A DNA stretch of 64,000 nucleotides from an uncultured Candidatus Binatia bacterium (GTDB taxonomy: Bacteria > Desulfobacterota > Binatia > UBA9968 > JAJDTQ01): positions 3,008,001 to 3,072,000 of the forward strand of contig OZ219754.1 in assembly GCA_964291295.2 (NCBI GenBank), given 5' to 3'. Shown here in pieces: positions 49,310 to 58,069 of the stretch (position 1 is the first letter of the stretch; each line of letters opens with the position of its first letter). The translations under genes were made by a program, and so were the position numbers. Under the pieces are notes generated by a model, which was given only the letters and a program-made list of their open reading frames with translations, searched no databases and was not told the DNA's origin.

Positions 49310-50533
49310 ATGGTCCACAACCGCGATCCGTCGATCCGGTCCGCGGCCAGCACCCCTCGGAGATCCACGGACGGCGCCCTCGGGAAACAGGCCCCCGCCA
49401 TTCTGCTGATGGCGGTGATCTTCCTGCTGAACTTCACCGGACGTGTCATCCTGGCGCCCCTGCTGCCAACGGTGGAGGCGGACCTCGGCATCACCCATGC
49501 CCAAGCCGGCCTGTTCTTCCTGTTCCTGTCCGCCGGCTATCTCACCGCCATGACCGGGGCCGGGCATGTCTCGGCCCGCTTGACGCATCACCGGACCATC
49601 GTGCTGTCCTTTGCCCTGCTGGGCCTGTCGGCCCTGGGGGTGGCCCGGTCCTCCACGTTGTCGGGGATGCGCTTCGGGACCCTGGCCATAGGGCTGGGGG
49701 CGGGCCTCTACCTGCCGTCGGCCATCGCCACCATCACCTCCCTGGTCGCCCGGCCGCACTGGGGCCGGGCCATCTCGATCCACGAACTGGCGCCCAACAC
49801 CAGCTTCATCGCGGTGCCCCTGCTGGCGGAGTTGCTGCTCCGAAGCCTGTCATGGCGTTCCATCCTGGCCCATTTCGGATTCGTCACCTTCCTGGCCGCC
49901 GGGCTCTACGCCCTGCTCGGACGCGGCGGCAAGTTCCCGGGCGAGCCTCCCGCCCTGGACGTGATCTGGCGGTTCCTGAAGGATCCCATGCTGTGGGCCG
50001 TCCTGGCGCTCTTCATCATGGGTGTCGCCACTACCCTGGGAGTCTTCACCATGCTTCCCCTCTACCTGGTGTCGGCCCGAGGCCTGGGGGAGAGTTGGGC
50101 CAACACGCTGGTGGGACTCTCGCGCGGCGCCTGTCCGGTGCTGGCCCTGATGGCGGGCTGGGCGGCGGACCGCTTCGGCGTACGCCGGACCCTGTCGATC
50201 ACCCTGGCCCTGAGCGGCGTTACCACCGCGATGGTGGGGTTGGTGCCGGATTCCTGGATGACGTTGGCGGTTTTCATCCAGCCCATGATGGCGGTGGGGT
50301 TCTTTCCGGCGGGTTTTACCGCCCTCTCGGCCCTGGGCGACATGCAGACCCGCGGCACGGCGGTATCCCTGGTGGTGCCAACGGCATTCGTGGTGGGCGG
50401 CGGCGGCGTCCCCTGGTTCCTGGGCCTGTGCGGCGACCTGGGAGCGTTTGACCTGGGCTTCGTCGGGGTCGGGATCTTCACCGTCGCCGGGGCATGGGTG
50501 GCGCTGCGCTACAAGCCCCGGCATACGGCGTGA
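49310..50533 (+). CDS. MFS transporter
   Basis: APLLP....DLGI....AG, WGRAISIHE, GWAADRFGVRR; start uncertain. Confidence 0.87.
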   Translation: MVHNRDPSIRSAASTPRRSTDGALGKQAPAILLMAVIFLLNFTGRVILAPLLPTVEADLGITHAQAGLFFLFLSAGYLTAMTGAGHVSARLTHHRTIVLSFALLGLSALGVARSSTLSGMRFGTLAIGLGAGLYLPSAIATITSLVARPHWGRAISIHELAPNTSFIAVPLLAELLLRSLSWRSILAHFGFVTFLAAGLYALLGRGGKFPGEPPALDVIWRFLKDPMLWAVLALFIMGVATTLGVFTMLPLYLVSARGLGESWANTLVGLSRGACPVLALMAGWAADRFGVRRTLSITLALSGVTTAMVGLVPDSWMTLAVFIQPMMAVGFFPAGFTALSALGDMQTRGTAVSLVVPTAFVVGGGGVPWFLGLCGDLGAFDLGFVGVGIFTVAGAWVALRYKPRHTA

Positions 50534-50770
50534 AAGGGCGTGAAAGCGGCCGGTGCGCCGACCGCCGCGCGGCCAGGACAATCCCCGGCCGCGGCATATC
50601 AGAAGGGACCGCGCCCGGATACGCGCGGGAACGCCCGGAAACCGGCACCCCTGACGCCACCGATCAACCCGAGCAAGACGAACTGTTGTCTGCCGCGCCC
50701 CCCTTCGATCCCGACACTTTCGCCAACAGCCGCCGCAGAGTCCGCCAGTCTCTCAATTTCGGCTCGCGGC

Positions 50771-50998
50771 TTACGACTTGTCCTCGAATGCGGAACGCGG
50801 CAGGCCCGATTGTCGCACGATCGACAGCAACGTGCCGGTACGCAGTTCCCGATGATTGGGCACCGGAACCGTCACCGTGCCATCGTGGTCAGTCCTCTGC
50901 ATCGCGATGTGGCTGCCGCGTCTGCGCACCTCAACAAAGCCGTGGGCGGCAAGAACGCGGCAGGCCTCTCGTCCCGACAGGATGCGTAGCCTAGCCAA
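50771..50998 (-). CDS. hicA: HicA-family toxin (mRNA interferase)
   Basis: LSGRE..RVL...GF.EVRRRGSH....VPVPNH.EL..GTL.SI.RQSG; TTG start overlapping the hicB stop. Confidence 0.9.
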   Translation of the reverse strand: MARLRILSGREACRVLAAHGFVEVRRRGSHIAMQRTDHDGTVTVPVPNHRELRTGTLLSIVRQSGLPRSAFEDKS

Positions 50999-51212
50999 CC
51001 GCGACGTCAATCTGGGTTACATAGACTTCGCCGCGCAGGCGCCGATCGATTTCCTCGGCGGGCGCGGTCTCGAAGAAAAGCCCGAGTGCCTCGGCAAGGT
51101 TGTCGCGCGCCTCCGACACGCTTTCGCCCTGGCTCGCAACATCCACCTCCGGGCAGAGCGCCACATAACTGTCGCCCTCGCGTTCGACGATCGCCGTCAA
51201 GCGTCTGTTCAT
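50991..51212 (-). CDS. hicB: Short HicB-family antitoxin (no DNA-binding domain)
   Basis: IVEREGDSYVALCPEVDVASQGESVSEARDNLAEAL; GGAGG RBS; 73 aa. Confidence 0.9.
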   Translation of the reverse strand: MNRRLTAIVEREGDSYVALCPEVDVASQGESVSEARDNLAEALGLFFETAPAEEIDRRLRGEVYVTQIDVAVG

Positions 51213-51793
51213 TTCTTGCCTCCCGTACCGGGCCTGCTGACTTCCGCATCGTGCAAGAGCCATGTGACAGGGCACAGTACGATACGAAGCACATCTCCCG
51301 AGCAGTCCTTGCCCTCATATACCCCAAGGGAGATCTCGAAAAAAGGTCCCTCGTCCTCTCCGTGACTCGTGCCTCCAGGACCATCCGAAGCCGCAGGGAA
51401 AAGTCGGCGCAATTCACAATCACCCGGAATCACCGCCCGATTCGTCAAGCAATCTCAGTGTGGGTTTGAGCGCGGGATTGTCCGGTCGCACGGCCAAGTG
51501 CATCTTGACATCGGCATCGTGGCATTGCATCGTGGTCGCCTCATGATGGCTCGTGGCCTGCCCGTGCGATTCAATCTTCAGGTGAACTTGGCAGTTCATC
51601 CCGGGTCTTGAGCGGCGCTGTCCGTGAGTGCCGCCTCGGTGGCCCGAAGGTTCAGGGACCACAAGACCAGGGACCACGCTGATTCCGCGTGCGCAGCGGT
51701 GGGCGCCGTGCGTCGGACGGACTTCATTCGAACAGGGTCAAGCCGATTTCCCGGCTTATGCCGGAGCCACCCCGCTTCGCAAAGGAACAACCC

Positions 51794-52498
51794 ATGAACC
51801 GAACTGTCGGATACCGGCGCGCCGGCGCCGCGGAGCAGCCGCCGCATCTCCATCCGGAATACCGATCCACCGCCCTGAGAGCACCCCGACGGCCGCTCGT
51901 TCCCCTGCCCCATACGCTGTCGGAGATCACCGGACCTGTCTACGGACACGAGAAGGCGGGGCCGCTGGATCACGACCTCACACGGCAGCATGAGGGCGAG
52001 CCGCTGGGAGAGCGGATCATCGTGCGGGGCCACGTCGTGGACTCGAACGGCAGGCCCTTGCCCGACGCGCTCATGGAGATCTGGCAGGCCAACGCGGCCG
52101 GCCGCTACCGCCACGAGAGCGACAACCACCCGGCCCCCATCGACCCCAACTTCAGCGGCGGCGGCCGGTGTACCACCGACGCGGCCGGCCGCTACCGCTT
52201 CGTGACCATCAAGCCCGCCGCCTATCCCTGGGGCAACCACCCCAACGCATGGCGGCCGGCGCACATCCACTTCTCACTCTTCGGCACAGCCTTCGCCACG
52301 CGGTTGATCACGCAGATGTACTTTCCCGGAGACCCGCTGCTGGCCTGCGACCCGATCTTCAACTCCATTCCCGACCCCGGAGCGAGGGATCGGCTGGTGT
52401 GCCGCCTCGACCTGGAGCACACCGAACCCGAATGGGCGCTGGCCTACGAGTTCGACATCGTGCTGCGTGGACGGGATGCGACCCCGGTGGAGGGTTGA
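51794..52498 (+). CDS. pcaH: Protocatechuate 3,4-dioxygenase beta subunit
   Basis: LSEITGP, EIWQANAAGRYRH, KPAAYPWGNH.NAWRPAHIHFS (Tyr/Tyr/His/His Fe ligands). Confidence 0.95.
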   Translation: MNRTVGYRRAGAAEQPPHLHPEYRSTALRAPRRPLVPLPHTLSEITGPVYGHEKAGPLDHDLTRQHEGEPLGERIIVRGHVVDSNGRPLPDALMEIWQANAAGRYRHESDNHPAPIDPNFSGGGRCTTDAAGRYRFVTIKPAAYPWGNHPNAWRPAHIHFSLFGTAFATRLITQMYFPGDPLLACDPIFNSIPDPGARDRLVCRLDLEHTEPEWALAYEFDIVLRGRDATPVEG

Positions 52499-52502
52499 GG
52501 GA

Positions 52503-53087
52503 ATGGCGGCGCGGCGCGGCATAACTCCGTCCCAGACCATCGGACCGTTCCACCGAATCATGCGCCCCTGGGAAGGCGGCGCCCAACTGGCGGCGCCGGA
52601 CGCCGCCGGCGCCATCCGCGTTCAGGGGCGCGTCCTGGACGGTGCGGGAGAGCCGGTGGACGACTCCGTCATTGAGGTCTGGCAGGCCAACATCCACGGC
52701 CGTCATGCCCACGTCGAGGACACCCGCGAGGCGCCGCTGGTGCCGGGATTCGACGGCTTCGGCCGGACCATCACCGACCGGGCGGGCGGCTTCACCATCG
52801 TGACGGTGAAGCCCGGATGCGTCCCCGGACCCGGAGACACCGTACAGGCGCCGCACCTTTCCGTTGCCGTGTTCGCCCGCGGCCTGCTGAAGCACCTGAT
52901 GACGCGGATCTATTTTTCGGACGAGGCCGCGGCCAACGAGCACGACCCGGTGCTGCGGTCGATCCGGGATGCCGGGCGCCGGAAGACGCTGGTGGCCATC
53001 AGGCGGGAAGGCGCCGGGGGGGCGCCTGTCTACGAGTTGGACATCCACCTGCAGGGCTCCCGGGAGACCGTCTTCTTCGACGTATAG
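52503..53087 (+). CDS. pcaG: Protocatechuate 3,4-dioxygenase alpha subunit
   Basis: TPSQTIGP, EVWQAN, GFGR, QAPH....FARGL...L.TRIYF, ETVFFDV. Confidence 0.94.
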   Translation: MAARRGITPSQTIGPFHRIMRPWEGGAQLAAPDAAGAIRVQGRVLDGAGEPVDDSVIEVWQANIHGRHAHVEDTREAPLVPGFDGFGRTITDRAGGFTIVTVKPGCVPGPGDTVQAPHLSVAVFARGLLKHLMTRIYFSDEAAANEHDPVLRSIRDAGRRKTLVAIRREGAGGAPVYELDIHLQGSRETVFFDV

Positions 53088-53099
53088 GAGCCTGCGCGG

Positions 53100-53133
53100 T
53101 GCCGGGACCGCCACCGGCGGGGGTGTCCCGGCA
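53100..53133. terminator. Hairpin between convergent pcaG and the TPP-enzyme gene
   Basis: TGCCGGGAC...GTCCCGGCA outer stem with an inner CCGCC/GGCGG stem. Confidence 0.45.
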
Positions 53134-53169
53134 GGCGCCTTCCGTCCCCTGGCGCGGAGAGGTTGGAGG

Positions 53170-54984
53170 TTACTTCTTCCGGGTCATCCCCGCCCGCTGA
53201 TCCACGCCGGTCTCGGCATATCCCGGCTCCACCAGCGCGTCGATGACGTAGCGGCCGCCCCGGGCCACCACCTTGGCGCCGCGTTCCAATGCGGCGGCCA
53301 GCTCCTCGGACGTGGACACGGGGTCCTCGCCGTCGAAGCCCTGGGCGCGGCCCATGGCGATGAGATCCACCGGGGGGTCGTCGAGCCGCTGGCCGATCCA
53401 GCGGTTCTCCACCGGGCGCTTGCGCATCTTCGCCACCCGTTCCTGGTGCATCTCGTCGTTGTAGTAGGAACGGTTGTCCGCGATGACGATGAGCAGCGGC
53501 AGGTCCATGTGCGTGGCGGTCCAGAGCGCGTTGCAGCCCATCAGGTAGTCGCCGTCGCCCAACACCCCCACCACCAGCCGGCCCTTGCCCTTGAGCGCCA
53601 GCGCCGTCCCCACCGCATGGCCGGGCCCGCTGCCCACGCCGCCGCCGCCGTCGTTGCCCATGAAAGAGAGCGGACCGCCGTGCTCGGCTCCCTCGCCGGG
53701 CCAGCCGATGGGCAGGCGCGCGAAGCTGACCGTTCGGCCGCGGGCGAACTCGCGTACGGTCAGCGCCATGTCCATGAGCGTCATGGGGCTGCCCCGCCTC
53801 GGCTGCGCCCGGCCGGTGGGTGTGCGCGTCCAGTGGGCGATGTTCTTCAAACCCGCCGCCGGGCGACCGCGGCCGAAGCCGTCCAGCAGTTGCTCCACGA
53901 ACACGTCCGGGGTGGCCGCCACCGGCACGTCCACCGCCGGCAGCGCCTGGTGATCCATGCTCCAGCCGTTGGTGCGGTAGGTGTCCATGGAAACGTGGAT
54001 GATGGTCTTGTCAGCCGGTGCCTGGGTCTGCGACGCCCCCAGACAGCCCCGGAGGAAGCCGGCCAGGTCCAGCCAGTCCAGGCTCAGGATGACGTCGGCC
54101 TTCTTGACCAGCGCCGTCGCCTGTTTGGACGGCCGCAGTCCCGGCGGGGCCAGATGCAGCGGGTGCGTGGTGGGAAAGGAGGACGGATCGTTGGAACTGG
54201 TCAGCACCGGCGCGTTCAGGGCCTCGGCCAACCGCACCCGGCGCTGCCAGTCGGCCTTGCTCCGGGACACGCGCCCCATGAGAACCACCGGGAACCTGGC
54301 CTTCTTGAGCAGCGCCCGGGCGCGCCGGACCGTGGCCGCCGGCGCGCAGGGCGGATCGGCCGGAGCAAAACGGGCCGCATCCGGGATCGCCACCTCCGCG
54401 GCCAGCGGTTCCTCCTGAAGGCCCACGTCAAGGCAGACGTAGGTCGGGCCGCAGGGTGCGGTGCGCGCCATCTGGTTGGCCCGCAGCACGGATTCCACCG
54501 CGGCCCGGGGCGAGGCGGGCTGGTCGTCCCACTTGGTGTAGTTGCGGATGATCGCGCCCTGGTCCGCGGCGGTATGGATCCAGTCGATCCAGGGGCGCCG
54601 GCGGTCGGCGTCCACCGGACCGGTGGCGCCGAAGATCACCATGGGCGTCCGGTCGCACCAGGCATTGAAGATGGCCATGGCGGCATGCATCAGCCCCACG
54701 TTGGAGTGGAGCGCCACTGCCATGGGCTCGTCCAGGGCCTTGGCGTATCCGTCCGCGATGGACACCGCATGCTCCTCGTGCAGGCAGGTGACCATCTGCG
54801 GGTTCTCGTTCCCCAGATAGTTCACCAGGCTGTCGTGGAAACCCCGATAACTCGCTCCCGGCACCAAGGCGATGTACTTGAGGTCCAGCGTGCGGGCCAC
54901 CGCGGCCACCGCGTCGCTGCCCCAACGCATCTTCGGTTGACCGAGATGCGAGGGCCGATGTTTCGGGGTCGTTCGTCTTGCCAC
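53170..54984 (-). CDS. Thiamine pyrophosphate-dependent enzyme (acetolactate synthase/benzoylformate decarboxylase superfamily)
   Basis: PGASYRGFHDSL, LHEEHAV, GDGD...N TPP-binding motif; GTG start after AAGGAAGAG. Confidence 0.9.
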   Translation of the reverse strand: MARRTTPKHRPSHLGQPKMRWGSDAVAAVARTLDLKYIALVPGASYRGFHDSLVNYLGNENPQMVTCLHEEHAVSIADGYAKALDEPMAVALHSNVGLMHAAMAIFNAWCDRTPMVIFGATGPVDADRRRPWIDWIHTAADQGAIIRNYTKWDDQPASPRAAVESVLRANQMARTAPCGPTYVCLDVGLQEEPLAAEVAIPDAARFAPADPPCAPAATVRRARALLKKARFPVVLMGRVSRSKADWQRRVRLAEALNAPVLTSSNDPSSFPTTHPLHLAPPGLRPSKQATALVKKADVILSLDWLDLAGFLRGCLGASQTQAPADKTIIHVSMDTYRTNGWSMDHQALPAVDVPVAATPDVFVEQLLDGFGRGRPAAGLKNIAHWTRTPTGRAQPRRGSPMTLMDMALTVREFARGRTVSFARLPIGWPGEGAEHGGPLSFMGNDGGGGVGSGPGHAVGTALALKGKGRLVVGVLGDGDYLMGCNALWTATHMDLPLLIVIADNRSYYNDEMHQERVAKMRKRPVENRWIGQRLDDPPVDLIAMGRAQGFDGEDPVSTSEELAAALERGAKVVARGGRYVIDALVEPGYAETGVDQRAGMTRKK

Positions 54985-55108
54985 AGTCTCTTCCTTTCTC
55001 CGTATGGGACAGCGCGGCATCACCGCCTCGGGTTCGAGCCATCATCGTGTCCCGGGCGCTGGAATGTCAAGGTGCGGCCGGTGCCGAAGACACGCGCGCG
55101 ACCTCCCT

Positions 55109-56692
55109 TCATGGGGACGCGGGCTGACGCCGGGAAGCCGCGAACGCCTGTCGATCCTTGACACCGGTGGACAGACCCTCTTCCCGGAGCAGGTTCTTCT
55201 GCACCTTGGAACTGGGGGTTTTCCGCAAATCCTGCCGGTAGTCGAGATAACGCGGAACCTTGAACGGGGCCAGGTGGTCGGCGCAGAACTCCCAGAGCCG
55301 CTCGGGCGGCAGATCCTCCGTGGAAGCCCCTTCCACCAGCACGACGCACGCCTTGACCTCTTCCTGGCGGATCGGATCCGCCACCGCCACCACCGCCGAC
55401 TCGGCGATGAGCGGATGGGTGTTGAGCACCCGCTCCACCTCGGCCGACGCGATGTTCTCCCCGCTCCGCTTGATCATGTCCTTCTTGCGGTCCACGAAGT
55501 ACAGAAAACCATCCTCGTCCAGACAGCCGAGATCGCCGGTGTGCAGCCAACCGTCCCGAAGGACCGCGGCCGTGGCTTCCGGATCCTTGTAGTAGCCCAT
55601 CATCACCGCCGGGCTCTGCTTGACGATCTCGCCGAGCTTGCCGGGCGGGGCACTCTCTCCTTCTTCGTCGCAGATGCGCAGCCGGTGCACCTCCGGAGCG
55701 ATGGCCACGCCGCAACTGCCGAGCTTCCGTCCGGACACGTCCAACGGACCGATGACGCTCAGGAGATCCTCCGTGAGGCTGTACGAGGGGATGGCGGTGA
55801 CGCCGAAGCGGCGCTCGAACTCCAGGTGCACGTCCGGCGGCAACAGCGCCATCACCTGCCGCAGTGGCGTGTCCGCGTCCGCCGGATCCGGCGGCAGGTT
55901 GAGCAGAATCCGCGGAATCGTCTGCATGATGCTCGACGTGGTGATGCCGTGGGTCTTGACGTCGTGCCAGAAACGGGACGCGCTGAACCGTTCCTGCAGC
56001 ACCACCGTTCCTCCCACCGACATCATCGCGATGCTCATGTGGCAGAGGGCGTTCACGTGGAACAGCGGCATCACCACCAGTACCCGGTCGTCCGCCGTCC
56101 ACCCCAGCGCCCGGGCCCGGCGGCTCGGGGCGAAGGCAAAGGCGGAGTGCGCCAGCATGACGCCCTTGGGGCGGTCGGTGGTGCCGGAGGTGTAGATGAT
56201 GGAGGCGAGGGCATCGGAGGATACGTCCGGAAGCGGCGCGTCGCCGCCGCTTCCGGTGAAGGTTTCCCACCCGATGGTTCCGTCGGCACCGGCATCGAGC
56301 GTGATCACGTGCTCCAGTTCGGGGCAGTCACCACCGATGCCCTCGATCACCGGCAGGAACGCATCCGTGGTCAGGAGGCAGTGCGCCTCGGAGTGGGCCA
56401 GCAGGTATTGAAGCTCATCGGCGGTCTGCGCGGTGTTGAGGGGAACGAAGACGCCGCCCGTGCGCGCCATGGCGAACACCGCCCAGAGAAACTCCGGGCA
56501 GTTGGGCAACAACAGCGCCACTTTCCGGCCCGGCCGAAGCGGCAGAGCGGCGAAGGCCCGCGCCACCCGCTCCACCTGCGCGGCGAACTCCGCATAGCTC
56601 CAGCGCCGGTCCTGGTGGACGAGGCAGAGGGCGTCGGGCCGCCTTTCGACCTGATCCGACAGCAGCCACCGCAGGGTCGCGCAGGCACTCAT
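55109..56692 (-). CDS. AMP-dependent acyl-CoA ligase (CaiC-like)
   Basis: YTSGTTDRPKG, PLFHVNA, YSLTE, GWLHTGD, DRKKDMIKRSGENI, KTPSSKVQK. Confidence 0.92.
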   Translation of the reverse strand: MSACATLRWLLSDQVERRPDALCLVHQDRRWSYAEFAAQVERVARAFAALPLRPGRKVALLLPNCPEFLWAVFAMARTGGVFVPLNTAQTADELQYLLAHSEAHCLLTTDAFLPVIEGIGGDCPELEHVITLDAGADGTIGWETFTGSGGDAPLPDVSSDALASIIYTSGTTDRPKGVMLAHSAFAFAPSRRARALGWTADDRVLVVMPLFHVNALCHMSIAMMSVGGTVVLQERFSASRFWHDVKTHGITTSSIMQTIPRILLNLPPDPADADTPLRQVMALLPPDVHLEFERRFGVTAIPSYSLTEDLLSVIGPLDVSGRKLGSCGVAIAPEVHRLRICDEEGESAPPGKLGEIVKQSPAVMMGYYKDPEATAAVLRDGWLHTGDLGCLDEDGFLYFVDRKKDMIKRSGENIASAEVERVLNTHPLIAESAVVAVADPIRQEEVKACVVLVEGASTEDLPPERLWEFCADHLAPFKVPRYLDYRQDLRKTPSSKVQKNLLREEGLSTGVKDRQAFAASRRQPASP

Positions 56693-56737
56693 GGACGGGA
56701 CTCACCATAGACCAAGGTCACGGCCGGTGCAATCGAA

Positions 56738-57075
56738 CAGGACTTTCCCATGCTGGGGGTTGTGTCGGGATAAGGGCGGGGCGGAAAGGTGCATGGCGCC
56801 ATCCTGGCGGTTGTGGGTGCAGGGGGAATGTCGAGGGATGAGGGCCGGCGGGGTGGGCGGAGGACGGGTCTGGGCGGTCGGGTGGTCTGGGGGGTGGTTG
56901 GGGCTGGGGTCCCGGGACGGCGGTCGCCGGGTCTGGGCGGCGAAGGCCTGGCCGCGGTCGAGTTGCAGCCGCCGGCGGGTTTCGGCGAAGCTCTCGGGGG
57001 CGCGCCGGTTGGTGAAGATCACCCCGAGCGCGAGGCGGGTGCGGGTGGCCGCTCCGTGTCCGATGCCGGTCAGGC
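56738..57075 (-). mobile_element. Truncated IS-like element end (copy 1) with a C-terminal ORF remnant
   Basis: Homologous to 63738-64000 with a sharp shared boundary CAGGACTTTCCCATG; minus frame reads ...ESFAETRRRLQLDRGQAFAA...; transposase identity is inferred. Confidence 0.55.
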
Positions 57076-57931
57076 AGGCTCCTCGCCGAAGACCCAGGGA
57101 AAGATTCTGGCCGACGTGAGGGTGTTGCGCACCGCCGGCGGCTTTCTGCGGGAGGTGGACGAACCCCTCGCACCAGGTGTGCTGGAACACCTCCAGCGCC
57201 ACCGGATGGCGGACCAGGTGGCGATTGTAGGTGGAGATTGTCGAGCTTTCGGGCGAGCTGGCCATGATCTCCATCCAGGGACCGGCTTCGGAAACTCGCC
57301 TCTCAGGGCTGCTGGACGCCGCTGTGTTGCCAGCGGAAGAACGGGGCCACCGGGAGAGGGTCTGTGCCGGAAGCCGGATCCGGGCGGTGCGCGCGACGCA
57401 TACGGGGGAGCCCGGTTTCGACCTGCGGGTACCCCGGGATCGGCGGCCGGCCATGATGGCCATGCCGCGCGCGCCGGCCATCCCCTGGATCGGCCTGAGC
57501 GCCAGGGAGACTCTGCGCATCGAGGCCGGGGTCCCCCGGTACGGGGTCGACATGGACGCCGACACGCTGCTGCTGGAAACCGCTCTCCAGCAAGCCGTCC
57601 GCTTCACCAAAGGATGCGATCCGGGACAGGAGACGGTGGAGCGCATTCACTCCCGAGGCCACGTGAACCGCCGGCTGGTGGGGCTCACGACATCGTACCC
57701 CACCCCCGAGACACCCTGCGCGACATGGGCCGCATCATCAGCGCGTCAGCCTCGCCGCGGCTCGGTTGCCTCATCGCCCCGGGATACCTCCACCGGGATT
57801 ACGTCGAGCCTGGCAGCCGGGTCACCATCGGAAACGGAGACCTGGCGGTCCACGCCTGCCCTTCCGATCCGCCGCGGCGGAACCTCTCCGGTGCCGGGGA
57901 AGAAACTCCATCAAGCAGGAAACTCCATTGA
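57076..57931 (+). pseudogene. ygfZ: Decayed YgfZ/GcvT folate-binding protein
   Basis: QGKILAD, LRIEAGVP.YG.D and FTKGCDPGQE (canonical KGCYxGQE) split over different frames; 5' part missing; 13-bp tandem duplication at 57216-57241 causes a frameshift. Confidence 0.82.
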
Positions 57932-58069
57932 ACCGGATCGGGGCGGCGCTCGCATTCCCGCTCCGGCCCGGGGGAACCTGGATTCCACCACCAAGGTCAG
58001 GCTTCCGCCGCTGATCGGCCGCGGCCGCGGCGAAATCCCCTCCCTCCAGCCACGGGTCGGTCGCGATCC

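Noticed and set aside
54985-55108. TPP riboswitch upstream of the TPP enzyme
   Set aside because: No CTGAGA/thi-box consensus seen in the short intergenic region.
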